From IMG/VR virus record IMGVR_UViG_3300001528_000407, positions 1-64,000 of that record: 64,000 bases of DNA; one strand, 5' to 3'. The notes under the pieces are model-generated. The model saw only the letters and a list, made by a program, of their open reading frames with translations, was not told where the DNA came from and did no database searches. Origin of the DNA: a virus. Taxonomy: Duplodnaviria > Caudoviricetes. This document shows, piece after piece, positions 49,335-58,279 of the stretch. Position 1 is the stretch's first letter. Every line of letters begins with the position of its first letter. The position numbers and the translations under genes are program-made.

Positions 49335-50057
49335 TTAGTTGGTTTTGTCGGGTTCGGGGTCTGCATCACCCTCGAAGTCTTCTGCATCATTGGCTCCGGA
49401 CGCTTTATCTGCATCATCTTCCGATTTATCTGCACCATCATCTGTTTTTTCTGCATCATCTTCACTATTATTTGGTGCAGATTCATCCTCCCTTGGTGTA
49501 GATTCCGCTTTGTCCGATGTAGCCTTGCTATTCGATGATGGCTTGCCATCTCCGTTGATTTCCTCTTCCTCCTTCATCAAGTCTTTCAGCTTGATGTTGA
49601 AATGTCGCTCGGTCTTGTCTGCCACTATCTTTTGCATCACTCTTGCCCAGGCTGCGCCATTACAGGTACTTTCATTCTCCAGTATGCTCACGAATTGTAC
49701 GGCGCAATAGATGGCGGCGAGATAGTTGGCGAGATGGAGCGGGCTTTGGAAGTCGAGGACTACGGTATCTATCATCGTAGCGAGAAAGATAGCGAGGATG
49801 AGCACGGTAAAGTCTTTCACCATCTTTGCCATCTTCTTCGATTTCAGCTTGCCGTCTATCTTGCATCGTGGGTCTCGCTTGATAGCCTCTCGGTAGCGGC
49901 TATAGATGCGACAGTTGCAGCGCCAGGCTGTATAGCAATCGCAAATGAGGGCGAAGAAGCACACGGCGATATAGTTTAAGGATGGCTCAATCGAGCACCA
50001 CACCAAGCCAATGAGTGCAGCGATGATCCTTGTAAGGTTGGGGATAATTGTTTGCAT
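49335..50057 (-). CDS. Holin (phage_holin_4_1-like) with a long acidic tail
   Basis: Three hydrophobic segments, D..T.W...KSKKM and FVSILENES motifs; repetitive D/E/K C-terminus. Confidence 0.8.
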   Translation of the reverse strand: MQTIIPNLTRIIAALIGLVWCSIEPSLNYIAVCFFALICDCYTAWRCNCRIYSRYREAIKRDPRCKIDGKLKSKKMAKMVKDFTVLILAIFLATMIDTVVLDFQSPLHLANYLAAIYCAVQFVSILENESTCNGAAWARVMQKIVADKTERHFNIKLKDLMKEEEEINGDGKPSSNSKATSDKAESTPREDESAPNNSEDDAEKTDDGADKSEDDADKASGANDAEDFEGDADPEPDKTN

Positions 50058-50108
50058 AGTTTCTTTAATGTTTAATTTCGTTGTTACTGTATGTTACCTT
50101 GAATACTT

Positions 50109-50147
50109 TGCAAAGATAGTGATTCTGTTATGAATGGTGGGGACAAA
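50109..50147 (-). promoter_or_regulatory. Extended promoter TTTGTCCC-N21-TATCTTTGCA (copy 4)
   Basis: Reverse complement TTTGTCCC CACCATTCATAACAGAATCAC TATCTTTGCA, upstream of holin/tape measure. Confidence 0.75.
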
Positions 50148-50190
50148 ATGCGGCTCTGCATGAATAGCGGTTCGGGGTTCGGGGTGAAAG

Positions 50191-50229
50191 TTTGTCCCAA
50201 CCGTTTATGGGGAATTTTATAATTTTGCA
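50191..50229 (+). promoter_or_regulatory. Extended promoter TTTGTCCC-N21-TAATTTTGCA (copy 5)
   Basis: TTTGTCCC AACCGTTTATGGGGAATTTTA TAATTTTGCA, upstream of the terminase operon. Confidence 0.75.
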
Positions 50230-50271
50230 GACAGTGAGAATAAACATTGTTGGACAAAATAATATAAATAA

Positions 50272-51125
50272 ATGGTAAGCGAACAATTACAGCGCAAGAT
50301 AGACCGAGCTATTCACCTGCTGCAAAGCGTGGCTAAGGGATATGATGGCGAGATAGAGGTAGCCTATTCGGGTGGCAAGGATAGCGATGTTATCTTGCAG
50401 CTCGCTAAAGAAGCTGATATTCGATATAGGGCTATCTACAAGAATACAACCATCGACCCGCCTGGCACAATAAAACATGTGCAGGATATGGGTGCCGAGA
50501 TATTGCGACCTAAGCAGACGTTCTTTCAGCTTTTGGCGAAGAGAGGCTTTCCCTCCCGATTTAGTCGATTCTGTTGTGCTGAATTGAAAGAATACAAGGT
50601 ATTGGATAAAGCTATTGTTGGTATTCGCCGATGCGAGAGCGATAAGCGAGCCGAACGTTACAAAGAGCCTACTCTTTGCCGATACTACGGTGCCAAGCGA
50701 GAGGAAAATCATGTGGAGCAAATCTTGCCTATCTTGGATTGGAGCGATGATGATGTCTTGCAGTTTATCGAAGACCGTAAGATAACGCTTGCACCGATAT
50801 ACTACAATTCTGGGGGGGGGTAATCGACGTTACTCAACGTTTGGGCTGTATGTGCTGCCCACTTGCCACAGAGCGCAAGCGTATTCTCTACTTCAAGAAA
50901 TATCCCAAGATGGTGAAAGCCTATCTTCGGGCTGGCATGAAATTCAGAGCCTCGCATCCTGATAGTTATTGTGTCGCCCATTACGATGATGTTTACGAAT
51001 GGTTCACCCGTGATGTATTCTACCCAAGAAAGAAAGATTGGGATAGAGTGAGCGGTGGGCTTTTCGAGAAGCCAGACTATAAGGCTTTCTTGGAAAAAGA
51101 ATTTGGCATAGATTTGACGCTATGA
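50272..51125 (+). CDS. PAPS-reductase-family (PP-loop, Fe-S) protein interrupted at a G9 run
   Basis: SGGKDS and RFCCAELKE in the first part; stop right after G9 (50812-50820). One extra G continues VIDVTQRLGCMCCPLA... to 51125. Confidence 0.8.
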
Positions 51126-51176
51126 CGAAACTTAGCATATAACATTTAATACTTAACATTAAACAAAAAAGCAGAA

Positions 51177-52007
51177 ATGAGCCAACTAACGCAGAATACC
51201 CTTGCACGCATCGACAAGTGGTTATCCAATGGGGTGTCGCTGGAAACGATGTTCCCCAAGCTGGAGCAACGCTACAGGATGCAGCTCTGCAAGGAGTTTT
51301 ACACCCGATGGGTGCAAAACAAGGACATAGACCCTCGCACCACTTGCCGCAACATCGCCCGACGTGACTACGAGATGTTCTTGCAACAGGCGGGACAGGG
51401 CAACCAGGAGGCACAGGCGATGGTGATGGCTCTGCACATCGACATCGACGAGCAAGGCGACATCAAGCCTCGCTCCATTACCGAGCTTAACAACGATGTG
51501 GCTGTTTGCAACCACATCATCCGCTTCTTCACTACCGACGAGAGTCCTCGCCACAAGCAGATGTATATCTCTTCGGCTGAATGGCTCATCCGTACCGGCA
51601 AGATGCAGAACAACGACCGCTCTGTCTCAAAGGGTATGGATGCCTTGGCGAATATCTATGGTAACTTCCAGGAGGAGAAGGATGCTACCGAGGAGATGCC
51701 GGATATGAGCCGCATTGCCATTACGCAAGATGTAAGCGTGGTGAAGAGAGACCGCGTGAACTATACCGACGAGTACAAGCGCAAGATGGCTCGCAAGTAT
51801 GGTCTTACGCAAAAGGATATGCAGGAGATTGCCGAGGAAGAACAGCTCAACGCTACCGACCTGGGCAAGGTGCCAGACTATATGGAGTTTATGGAAGAGA
51901 TGATGGAAGGCGATGACGATAAGAAGAAAAAAGAGATGCCGATGCCAGGCGATGCCGATTCTTCGGATAGCGACGATGAGAAGGAGGGAGGTGGCACCGA
52001 TGAATAG
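51177..52007 (+). CDS. Probable terminase small subunit
   Basis: 276 aa helical protein with an acidic tail, in the same operon upstream of TerL; assignment from context. Confidence 0.5.
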   Translation: MSQLTQNTLARIDKWLSNGVSLETMFPKLEQRYRMQLCKEFYTRWVQNKDIDPRTTCRNIARRDYEMFLQQAGQGNQEAQAMVMALHIDIDEQGDIKPRSITELNNDVAVCNHIIRFFTTDESPRHKQMYISSAEWLIRTGKMQNNDRSVSKGMDALANIYGNFQEEKDATEEMPDMSRIAITQDVSVVKRDRVNYTDEYKRKMARKYGLTQKDMQEIAEEEQLNATDLGKVPDYMEFMEEMMEGDDDKKKKEMPMPGDADSSDSDDEKEGGGTDE

Positions 52008-52272
52008 CAAGAAACATTTTGGTGGTGACTTCGACAAGCACGCTCGCCGTCATGCCAACAACCATCATCAGAACAAAATTCCTCCTTTCCGTCCCGATCC
52101 TGAGCATTGGACTCGAAAGGGTCCGCATGGGTGGAAGGCGAAGGTCGCCTACGAGACGGAAGACGATGCCTGTGAGTATCTGAACCAAAGTCCGAAACTC
52201 AAAGCCCTTGGGTATCGGGCATATCAATGCAAGGTTTGCCAGAAATGGCATATCGGGCATTTCGCCGAGTAG
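52000..52272 (+). CDS. Small basic Zn-ribbon-like protein
   Basis: Start at ATG 52000 (MNSKKHF); AYQCKVCQKWHIGH motif. Confidence 0.65.
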   Translation: MNSKKHFGGDFDKHARRHANNHHQNKIPPFRPDPEHWTRKGPHGWKAKVAYETEDDACEYLNQSPKLKALGYRAYQCKVCQKWHIGHFAE

Positions 52273-52343
52273 CGATTTTCCTTGGTACGGATAAAACGGA
52301 TAAAACGGAATTTTATAGAACATACATTAACATTTAAAGACAG

Positions 52344-53114
52344 ATGATAGAACTGAATAAGATATATAATGAGGATTGCTTGGAGGGTATGAAACGCATA
52401 CCCGATGCAAGCGTGGATTGCATTATTTGCGATTTGCCTTACGAGGTACTAAATCGTAGTAACAAGCATGTGCAGTGGGATAAGGTTATTCCGATGCAAC
52501 CGCTCTGGGAGCAATACCTACGTATCGCAAAGCCGAATGCAGCTATCATTCTCTTCGGACAGGGCATGTTTACCGCACAACTCATGATGAGCCAGCCCGA
52601 TATTTGGCGATACAATATCACTTGGGATAAAGACCGAAAGACTGGTTTTCTGAATGCAAAGCAGATGCCTTTGCGACAGACGGAAATCATTTCGGTGTTT
52701 TATCGTGAGCAACCAGTTTATCATCCGCAAATGCGAAAGTGTTCTAAGCATGAGCGCAATCATAGCAGAGGCAGACAGCAGGGAAAACAAACTAATAGAT
52801 GTTACGGTTCCTTCGGCAAAGCTGAAGACTTGATTACTGATGAGAAATATCCATCAGACCTTATCACATTCCAAAGAAACGTACACGATAGTTGGCATCC
52901 TACGCAGAAGCCTCTTGACCTTATCCGCTATCTCGTTCGTACCTACACCGATGTGGGGGGGTGCATTCTTGACAACTGCATGGGCAGCGGCACTACCGCC
53001 ATCGCTTGTATCAAAGAGAAGCGCAACTTTATGGGCTTCGAGTTGAACAAGGAATATTACGACAAGGCTTGTGAGCGCATCAAATTAGAAATGATGCAGC
53101 CCACACTATTCTAA
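52344..53114 (+). CDS. DNA methyltransferase, N6-adenine/N4-cytosine (beta class)
   Basis: DLPY motif IV, HPTQKP, LDNCMGSGTT motif I; contains an in-frame G7 run at 52955-52961. Confidence 0.92.
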   Translation: MIELNKIYNEDCLEGMKRIPDASVDCIICDLPYEVLNRSNKHVQWDKVIPMQPLWEQYLRIAKPNAAIILFGQGMFTAQLMMSQPDIWRYNITWDKDRKTGFLNAKQMPLRQTEIISVFYREQPVYHPQMRKCSKHERNHSRGRQQGKQTNRCYGSFGKAEDLITDEKYPSDLITFQRNVHDSWHPTQKPLDLIRYLVRTYTDVGGCILDNCMGSGTTAIACIKEKRNFMGFELNKEYYDKACERIKLEMMQPTLF

Positions 53115-53136
53115 GATTATAAAAAGTATTAAGATT

Positions 53137-53460
53137 ATGGCAAAGATTATTTATTTCGGGACGAATGGAAGTTCCGGTCATTCTCCTATAGGCATGGATG
53201 AAACGCTAACACCAGAAGAATACTCTATGTGGTGTGAATGTGATAATGATGTTTGGATTGGTAACGTCATGAAAAATCCAGGCCGTCATCTTGTAAAACA
53301 CCATGGAAAGGTTTACACCAACTACGGTGTACCTTTCTCTGTTGACGAAAAACGATGTATGGATCATACCGAATTATTTTGGGAAGGAATACATACAGAG
53401 GAAGAAATCGTTAATCTCATAAAAGGTGATAAATTTTTAAAACGACAATTCAATATGTAA
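53137..53460 (+). CDS. Hypothetical protein
   Basis: 107 aa ORF. Confidence 0.6.
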   Translation: MAKIIYFGTNGSSGHSPIGMDETLTPEEYSMWCECDNDVWIGNVMKNPGRHLVKHHGKVYTNYGVPFSVDEKRCMDHTELFWEGIHTEEEIVNLIKGDKFLKRQFNM

Positions 53461-53521
53461 GAACTGTGATTGTAATTAAGAATAATAAAAACGGAAAAGT
53501 ATTATTATTATTTATAGAAGT

Positions 53522-54067
53522 ATGAAAACAAAAAGTATCATTTTGGCATCAGTACTCGCGATAGCAGTACTTTTTGCAGGTTCAGTAATTGGTTGTTATT
53601 TCCACTATAACAATCAGGAGATTTCCCTTCGTCAGCAATCAGAAGCGCAGCGTGGCAAGATTGAAGGTGTTCACGACAAGATGTGGAAGGTGCTCCAACA
53701 GAAAGCGCAGGTTACTGACGAATACAAGTCCACCTTCGAGAGCATCTATCCTAAGCTCATTGAAGGTAGATATTCGCAAGGCGACGGCTCACTGATGAAG
53801 TGGATAAAGGAGAATAATCCTAACTTTGATGTGTCACTCTATAAGGACTTGATGCAAAGTATAGAGATTCAGCGTTCTGAATTTCAGACTTCACAAGAAA
53901 GAATGCTCGACATCATACGAGAACACGAAACGCTCATCAAGACCTATCCTGCGAAATGGTTTATTACCGATGTACGACCTATAGAGTACAAAGTAATATC
54001 TTCTTCCAAGACTAAGATGATTATGCAACTTGGAGAGGATAACGATATTGACCTTTTCAAAAAATAA
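53522..54067 (+). CDS. Membrane-anchored coiled-coil protein (LemA-like)
   Basis: N-terminal TM helix, then YNNQEISLRQQ...helical bundle ending in YPAKWF. Confidence 0.6.
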   Translation: MKTKSIILASVLAIAVLFAGSVIGCYFHYNNQEISLRQQSEAQRGKIEGVHDKMWKVLQQKAQVTDEYKSTFESIYPKLIEGRYSQGDGSLMKWIKENNPNFDVSLYKDLMQSIEIQRSEFQTSQERMLDIIREHETLIKTYPAKWFITDVRPIEYKVISSSKTKMIMQLGEDNDIDLFKK

Positions 54068-54073
54068 GGATTT

Positions 54074-55258
54074 ATGGAGATTTTCATTTTTCTTATCCCA
54101 TTTGTTGTGGCTGCTTTTTTGTTGATTTTCTTCAGAAAGCAGACCACCTGGTGGGAATATTTCGCGCTAATCATTCCGTCCATACTCGTCGGCATACTAC
54201 TGGAGTTTGTTTTCAAGCAAGTTAATGCTGACGATACAGAATACCTCGGAAGTTATGTCACAAAGGTAAGACATTACGATTCTTGGAACGAATATATCCA
54301 CCGTACATGCACTAAAACAGTAGGGAGCGGCAAGGATGAGCATACCGTTACCTATGATTGTTCTTATGTGGAAAACCATCCAGAGTACTGGACGTATTAT
54401 AACGCAAGAGGCAAGGAAGAATATTTTATGAATAAAGATGAGTTCGATATAGTCCGCAAGAAACTAAAGACTTCACCAGTATTCGTAGATATGAATCGAA
54501 ATTATTACACGAAAGATGGGGATGCCCAAGATTGGTATTGGGATAATTCTATAGAGAATGCCTACACGCTTACATCGGAACACCAATATAAGAATAAGGT
54601 GAAAGCATCGCGATCCATCTTTAAGTTTGAGGATATTAGCAAAGAAGAGGCAAAGAAACTCGGATTGTATGAATATCCCAATGTGATAATGTACGACCAA
54701 CGCCCCATCATGGGATTGAAGTTTCCACAAGAACAGGAGAAAACTATCCGATGGTTAAATGGGTTTTATGGCGAGCAAAAGCAATTCCGTGTTTTTCTTC
54801 TATTCTTCAAGAATAAGCCAGAAGAAATTGTGGAAAAACAACGCTCTTATTGGCAAGGAGGTAATAAAAACGAGCTTGTGGTTTGCATTGGCATTGACTC
54901 TAAATGCAAGGTAAAATGGTGCGAGGCCTTTTCTTGGTGCGATTCACCAGTTGTAGCTGTGAAAAGCAGAGATTGGTTTATAAACCATCCCCTCAACCTA
55001 TGCAAGTTTGCCGAATATATAGAGCCTGTTATTAAAGCCGAATGGCACCGCAAAAGTTTTAGCGATTTCGATTATCTAACGATAGAACTTTCCGACGGGC
55101 AATATTACGCCATCATAGTCTTGTTGTTGATTTTCAATATATTTATGAGTGCATGGATAGTTAATAACGAATACACAAATGATAGCGATGAGAATCAAGA
55201 CGGACAATCTCCAAGAAAAAGAAGAGTAAGTATAGAAATACCACCCGCTTGGAGATAA
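54074..55258 (+). CDS. Integral membrane protein with a large extracytoplasmic domain (TPM-like C-terminal part)
   Basis: Two N-terminal TM helices and one C-terminal TM helix; QRSYWQGGNKNELVVCIG motif. Confidence 0.6.
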   Translation: MEIFIFLIPFVVAAFLLIFFRKQTTWWEYFALIIPSILVGILLEFVFKQVNADDTEYLGSYVTKVRHYDSWNEYIHRTCTKTVGSGKDEHTVTYDCSYVENHPEYWTYYNARGKEEYFMNKDEFDIVRKKLKTSPVFVDMNRNYYTKDGDAQDWYWDNSIENAYTLTSEHQYKNKVKASRSIFKFEDISKEEAKKLGLYEYPNVIMYDQRPIMGLKFPQEQEKTIRWLNGFYGEQKQFRVFLLFFKNKPEEIVEKQRSYWQGGNKNELVVCIGIDSKCKVKWCEAFSWCDSPVVAVKSRDWFINHPLNLCKFAEYIEPVIKAEWHRKSFSDFDYLTIELSDGQYYAIIVLLLIFNIFMSAWIVNNEYTNDSDENQDGQSPRKRRVSIEIPPAWR

Positions 55259-55308
55259 AAAAGGATAACATTCAACACTCAACATTTCCAAAATACTAAA
55301 ACTATACG

Positions 55309-57309
55309 ATGCAGCAACCACACTTAATATATCTCAACAAGTTTCAGCAGCAGTCGCTCTATATGGCTGCCAAGGATGAGCGAGTTATCGCTGCCCGCCG
55401 TCTGGGTAAGACCGACGGCTTGGTGGCTCCCTACGTTTGGATGGCATCAAACTCGATGCCTGGCATGTTGGGAGCCTGGGTAGCGGTGTCTCGCCAACAG
55501 GGTTTCGGCAAGACCATCCCTGGTACCATGTCTGCCATGGAGCGAATGTTTGGTTTCACACAGGGCATTCACTTCGGTTGGGGACGACCGCCGAAGCACG
55601 CCCGTGAAAGTATCTTCAAACCCAAGAGCTACGACAATATCATCTGGTTTGCCAACGGCGCACAATGGGTATTGATTTCGCTCTCGCAGACGGCTTCCGC
55701 CAACTCTTACACCTTCTCGGCGATGGTAGGCGACGAGGCGAGATTCTTCCCTTATAAGAAAGTGACCGATGAGTTGATGCCAGCCCTATCCGGACAGACG
55801 CACCCCTTGGGCAACATCGCCTTCACCGATTACAACCCTTGGTATAAGTCCACCCGATTCCTTAGCGATGCCTCGCTCACCTCGAAGGGCAGTTGGCTGG
55901 AGCGAGAGGAGGAGAAACTTGACCTCGTGATAGAGAACGGTCGATTCAAGGGCAAGACCTACCGATGGGTGCAGGAGCAACTGGAGGAATATGCCAATAA
56001 GGTTATCTTCTATAACGACTTGCTCTATAATGCCAAGAAGACTGGGCACACGCCTCATGTGGTCTATCCAGAGGAGCGACAGGTGTTCCGTGCCGTGGCT
56101 CTGAAGATGATTAAGCATGAGGGACAATTCAAGATTCTGCCCAACCACAGCTCGCAGCTTACGAAGAATATGGTGGATATGGCTGTGAACTATAAGTTGG
56201 TCTCTGCCGAGGATGCCGAACTCATCTACGATTACGAGTATCTGCTTACGCCTGAACAGGATTTCGAGATGCAGATGTTTGATAAGGCAGATAAGTTTCA
56301 GGAGGGATATTTGAGGGAGTTGCGCTGTTCGGCTTTCGTGGTTCGTCGTGCCTCCACGCTCGACAACGTGGATATTCTTGGGGAGGACTATATCCGCACC
56401 ATGAAGCGAGATTTGCCTGCCTATACTTTCATGGTTTCGATACTGAACGTGAAAATCAAGAAGTCGAACGATGGCTTTTATAGCAACTTGGATATAGAAA
56501 ATGTTCATGGGTACATACCCGATTCGGTTGATCCGCTCTCGAATGCCAACTTCCGCACCGTGAAGGCTACGGGTGTTATCGACGGCAAGAAAATCACATC
56601 GGAGAGTTATCAGCCCGATTTGCAGGAGTTGGCAGAGCGGGATGATTGTCGCATGGATGCCGATTGTATCACCGAACTGCCTTTGTACCTGGCTTTCGAT
56701 TATAATGCCAACATCAATACTTTGGTGGTGGGCCAAGTGTATCAGCGTGACGGTGTGGAGGCGGTGAACGTTATCAAGAGCTTCTACGTGAAGAACGAAC
56801 AGATGTTGCGTGACTTGGTAAGCAATTTCTCCCGATATTACGCACCTAAGCGTGCCATCAATCGTGATGTGGTTTACTTCTATGATACCACGGCGAAGCA
56901 GGGTGCCTCGTATGCCTTGACCGATGAGCGTTTCTATATGGTCGTGATTAGGGAGTTGGAGCGCAACGGTTGGAACGTGACGGCGATAGATATGGGTGTG
57001 CCCGAGAAGCATGAGATAAAGCATCGTATCATCAACGATGCCTTGGCTGGGATAGAATATCCTGCCATCCGTATCAATCAGGCGCAAAACCCCGACCTTA
57101 TCATCGCCATGCAGCTTTGTGAGGTGAGTATCGGGTATCAGGGTTTCCGTAAGGATAAATCACAAGAGAAGAAAGCAGAAACGGAGGATAACTTGCCGTT
57201 GCAGCAAAGAACTGACTTCACCGATGCCTTCGATAGCTTGTATCTGGGATGCAAGTTCTGGAGAGGGAATATCGGGTGGTTTGTGCTGCCGGATGGTAGG
57301 AATGTGTAA
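55309..57309 (+). CDS. terL: Terminase large subunit
   Basis: Walker A AARRLGKT, Walker B MVGDEA, RNase-H-like nuclease AFDYN ... TDFTDAFD. Confidence 0.92.
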   Translation: MQQPHLIYLNKFQQQSLYMAAKDERVIAARRLGKTDGLVAPYVWMASNSMPGMLGAWVAVSRQQGFGKTIPGTMSAMERMFGFTQGIHFGWGRPPKHARESIFKPKSYDNIIWFANGAQWVLISLSQTASANSYTFSAMVGDEARFFPYKKVTDELMPALSGQTHPLGNIAFTDYNPWYKSTRFLSDASLTSKGSWLEREEEKLDLVIENGRFKGKTYRWVQEQLEEYANKVIFYNDLLYNAKKTGHTPHVVYPEERQVFRAVALKMIKHEGQFKILPNHSSQLTKNMVDMAVNYKLVSAEDAELIYDYEYLLTPEQDFEMQMFDKADKFQEGYLRELRCSAFVVRRASTLDNVDILGEDYIRTMKRDLPAYTFMVSILNVKIKKSNDGFYSNLDIENVHGYIPDSVDPLSNANFRTVKATGVIDGKKITSESYQPDLQELAERDDCRMDADCITELPLYLAFDYNANINTLVVGQVYQRDGVEAVNVIKSFYVKNEQMLRDLVSNFSRYYAPKRAINRDVVYFYDTTAKQGASYALTDERFYMVVIRELERNGWNVTAIDMGVPEKHEIKHRIINDALAGIEYPAIRINQAQNPDLIIAMQLCEVSIGYQGFRKDKSQEKKAETEDNLPLQQRTDFTDAFDSLYLGCKFWRGNIGWFVLPDGRNV

Positions 57310-57336
57310 CTATTCTTTTTTTAATGTAAACAAAAT

Positions 57337-57935
57337 ATGAGTAAAGATTGGACGGGCGGTAGAGCCGCTGTATTCAAGACGCTTGGAGCGAGCAACCACA
57401 AAAATGGCGAGCGACAGCGTGAGGACTACTATGCCACGGAGCCTGCGGCTACCGAATGGCTATGCAAGATTGAGGATTTCGGGGGGGTAAAATCTTAGAG
57501 CCTTCCTGTGGAGAGGGACATATCAGCAAGGTTCTTTTGAAGCATGGGTATGATGTTACGAGCCGAGACTTGATAGACAGAGGATTTGGCGAGGGCGGTC
57601 AAGATTTCCTTGCCATTGATAACTTGTCATGGCAGGGGCATATCGTCACCAACCCTCCCTACAAGTATGCGCAAGAGTTTGTGGAGAAGGCATTGCAGAT
57701 TATTCCGCCAGGATATAAGGTGGCTATGCTGCTAAAGCTGACGTTTCTTGAAGGAAAGGCTCGTAGGTATTTATTCAATACACAGCCACCTGTTAGGGTA
57801 TGGGTGAGTTCTTCGAGACTGAAATGTGCGATGAATGGTGATTTCGATGCAACCGAGGGTAGCGCACAGGCTTATGCTTGGTTCGTATGGGAGAAAGGAT
57901 ATAAGGGAGACACCATCGTGAAATGGTTCAACTGA
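57337..57935 (+). CDS. DNA adenine methyltransferase interrupted at a G7 run
   Basis: ATG 57337 MSKDWTGG...DYYATEP...EDFGG|VKS*. One extra G continues GKILEPSCGEGHI (motif I)...VTNPPY (motif IV) to 57935. Confidence 0.85.
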
Positions 57936-58161
57936 TATTCTTTCCAATTTGGAATAAACTGGAAAGTATTGAAAAGATTTGAATAATTTGAATAAATGGG
58001 TTGAATTTATTTGAATTTACTTGAATTTACTTGAGTAAGAGAGTTAATCCTTGGAAAATTCTCTGCAAAGAGCCGAGGGCGATAAACACTAAGGTTTCGG
58101 GGTTCGGGGAATTTCCTTTGCAAATAAAAGCAATCATTACCTTTGACGCAAGAAAAAGAGC

Positions 58162-58201
58162 GAAGGGCAGACGTTATCGCAACGGCTGCCCTTCTTAGTT
58201 T
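58162..58201. terminator. Terminator between convergent operons, possibly bidirectional
   Basis: GAAGGGCAG...CTGCCCTTC stem with A-rich left and T-rich right flanks. Confidence 0.7.
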
Positions 58202-58279
58202 TAACCTTATAAACTACTATAGAACTTTTGGAATTTGTTCTGATTATGAATAATGAAAAATAGAATTTTATCTTATCAT

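Noticed and set aside
55786-57087. 433-aa - strand ORF, and similar long antisense ORFs at 16175, 29176 and 3369
   Set aside because: They lie opposite well-supported genes, have no motifs, and are typical codon-bias shadows.
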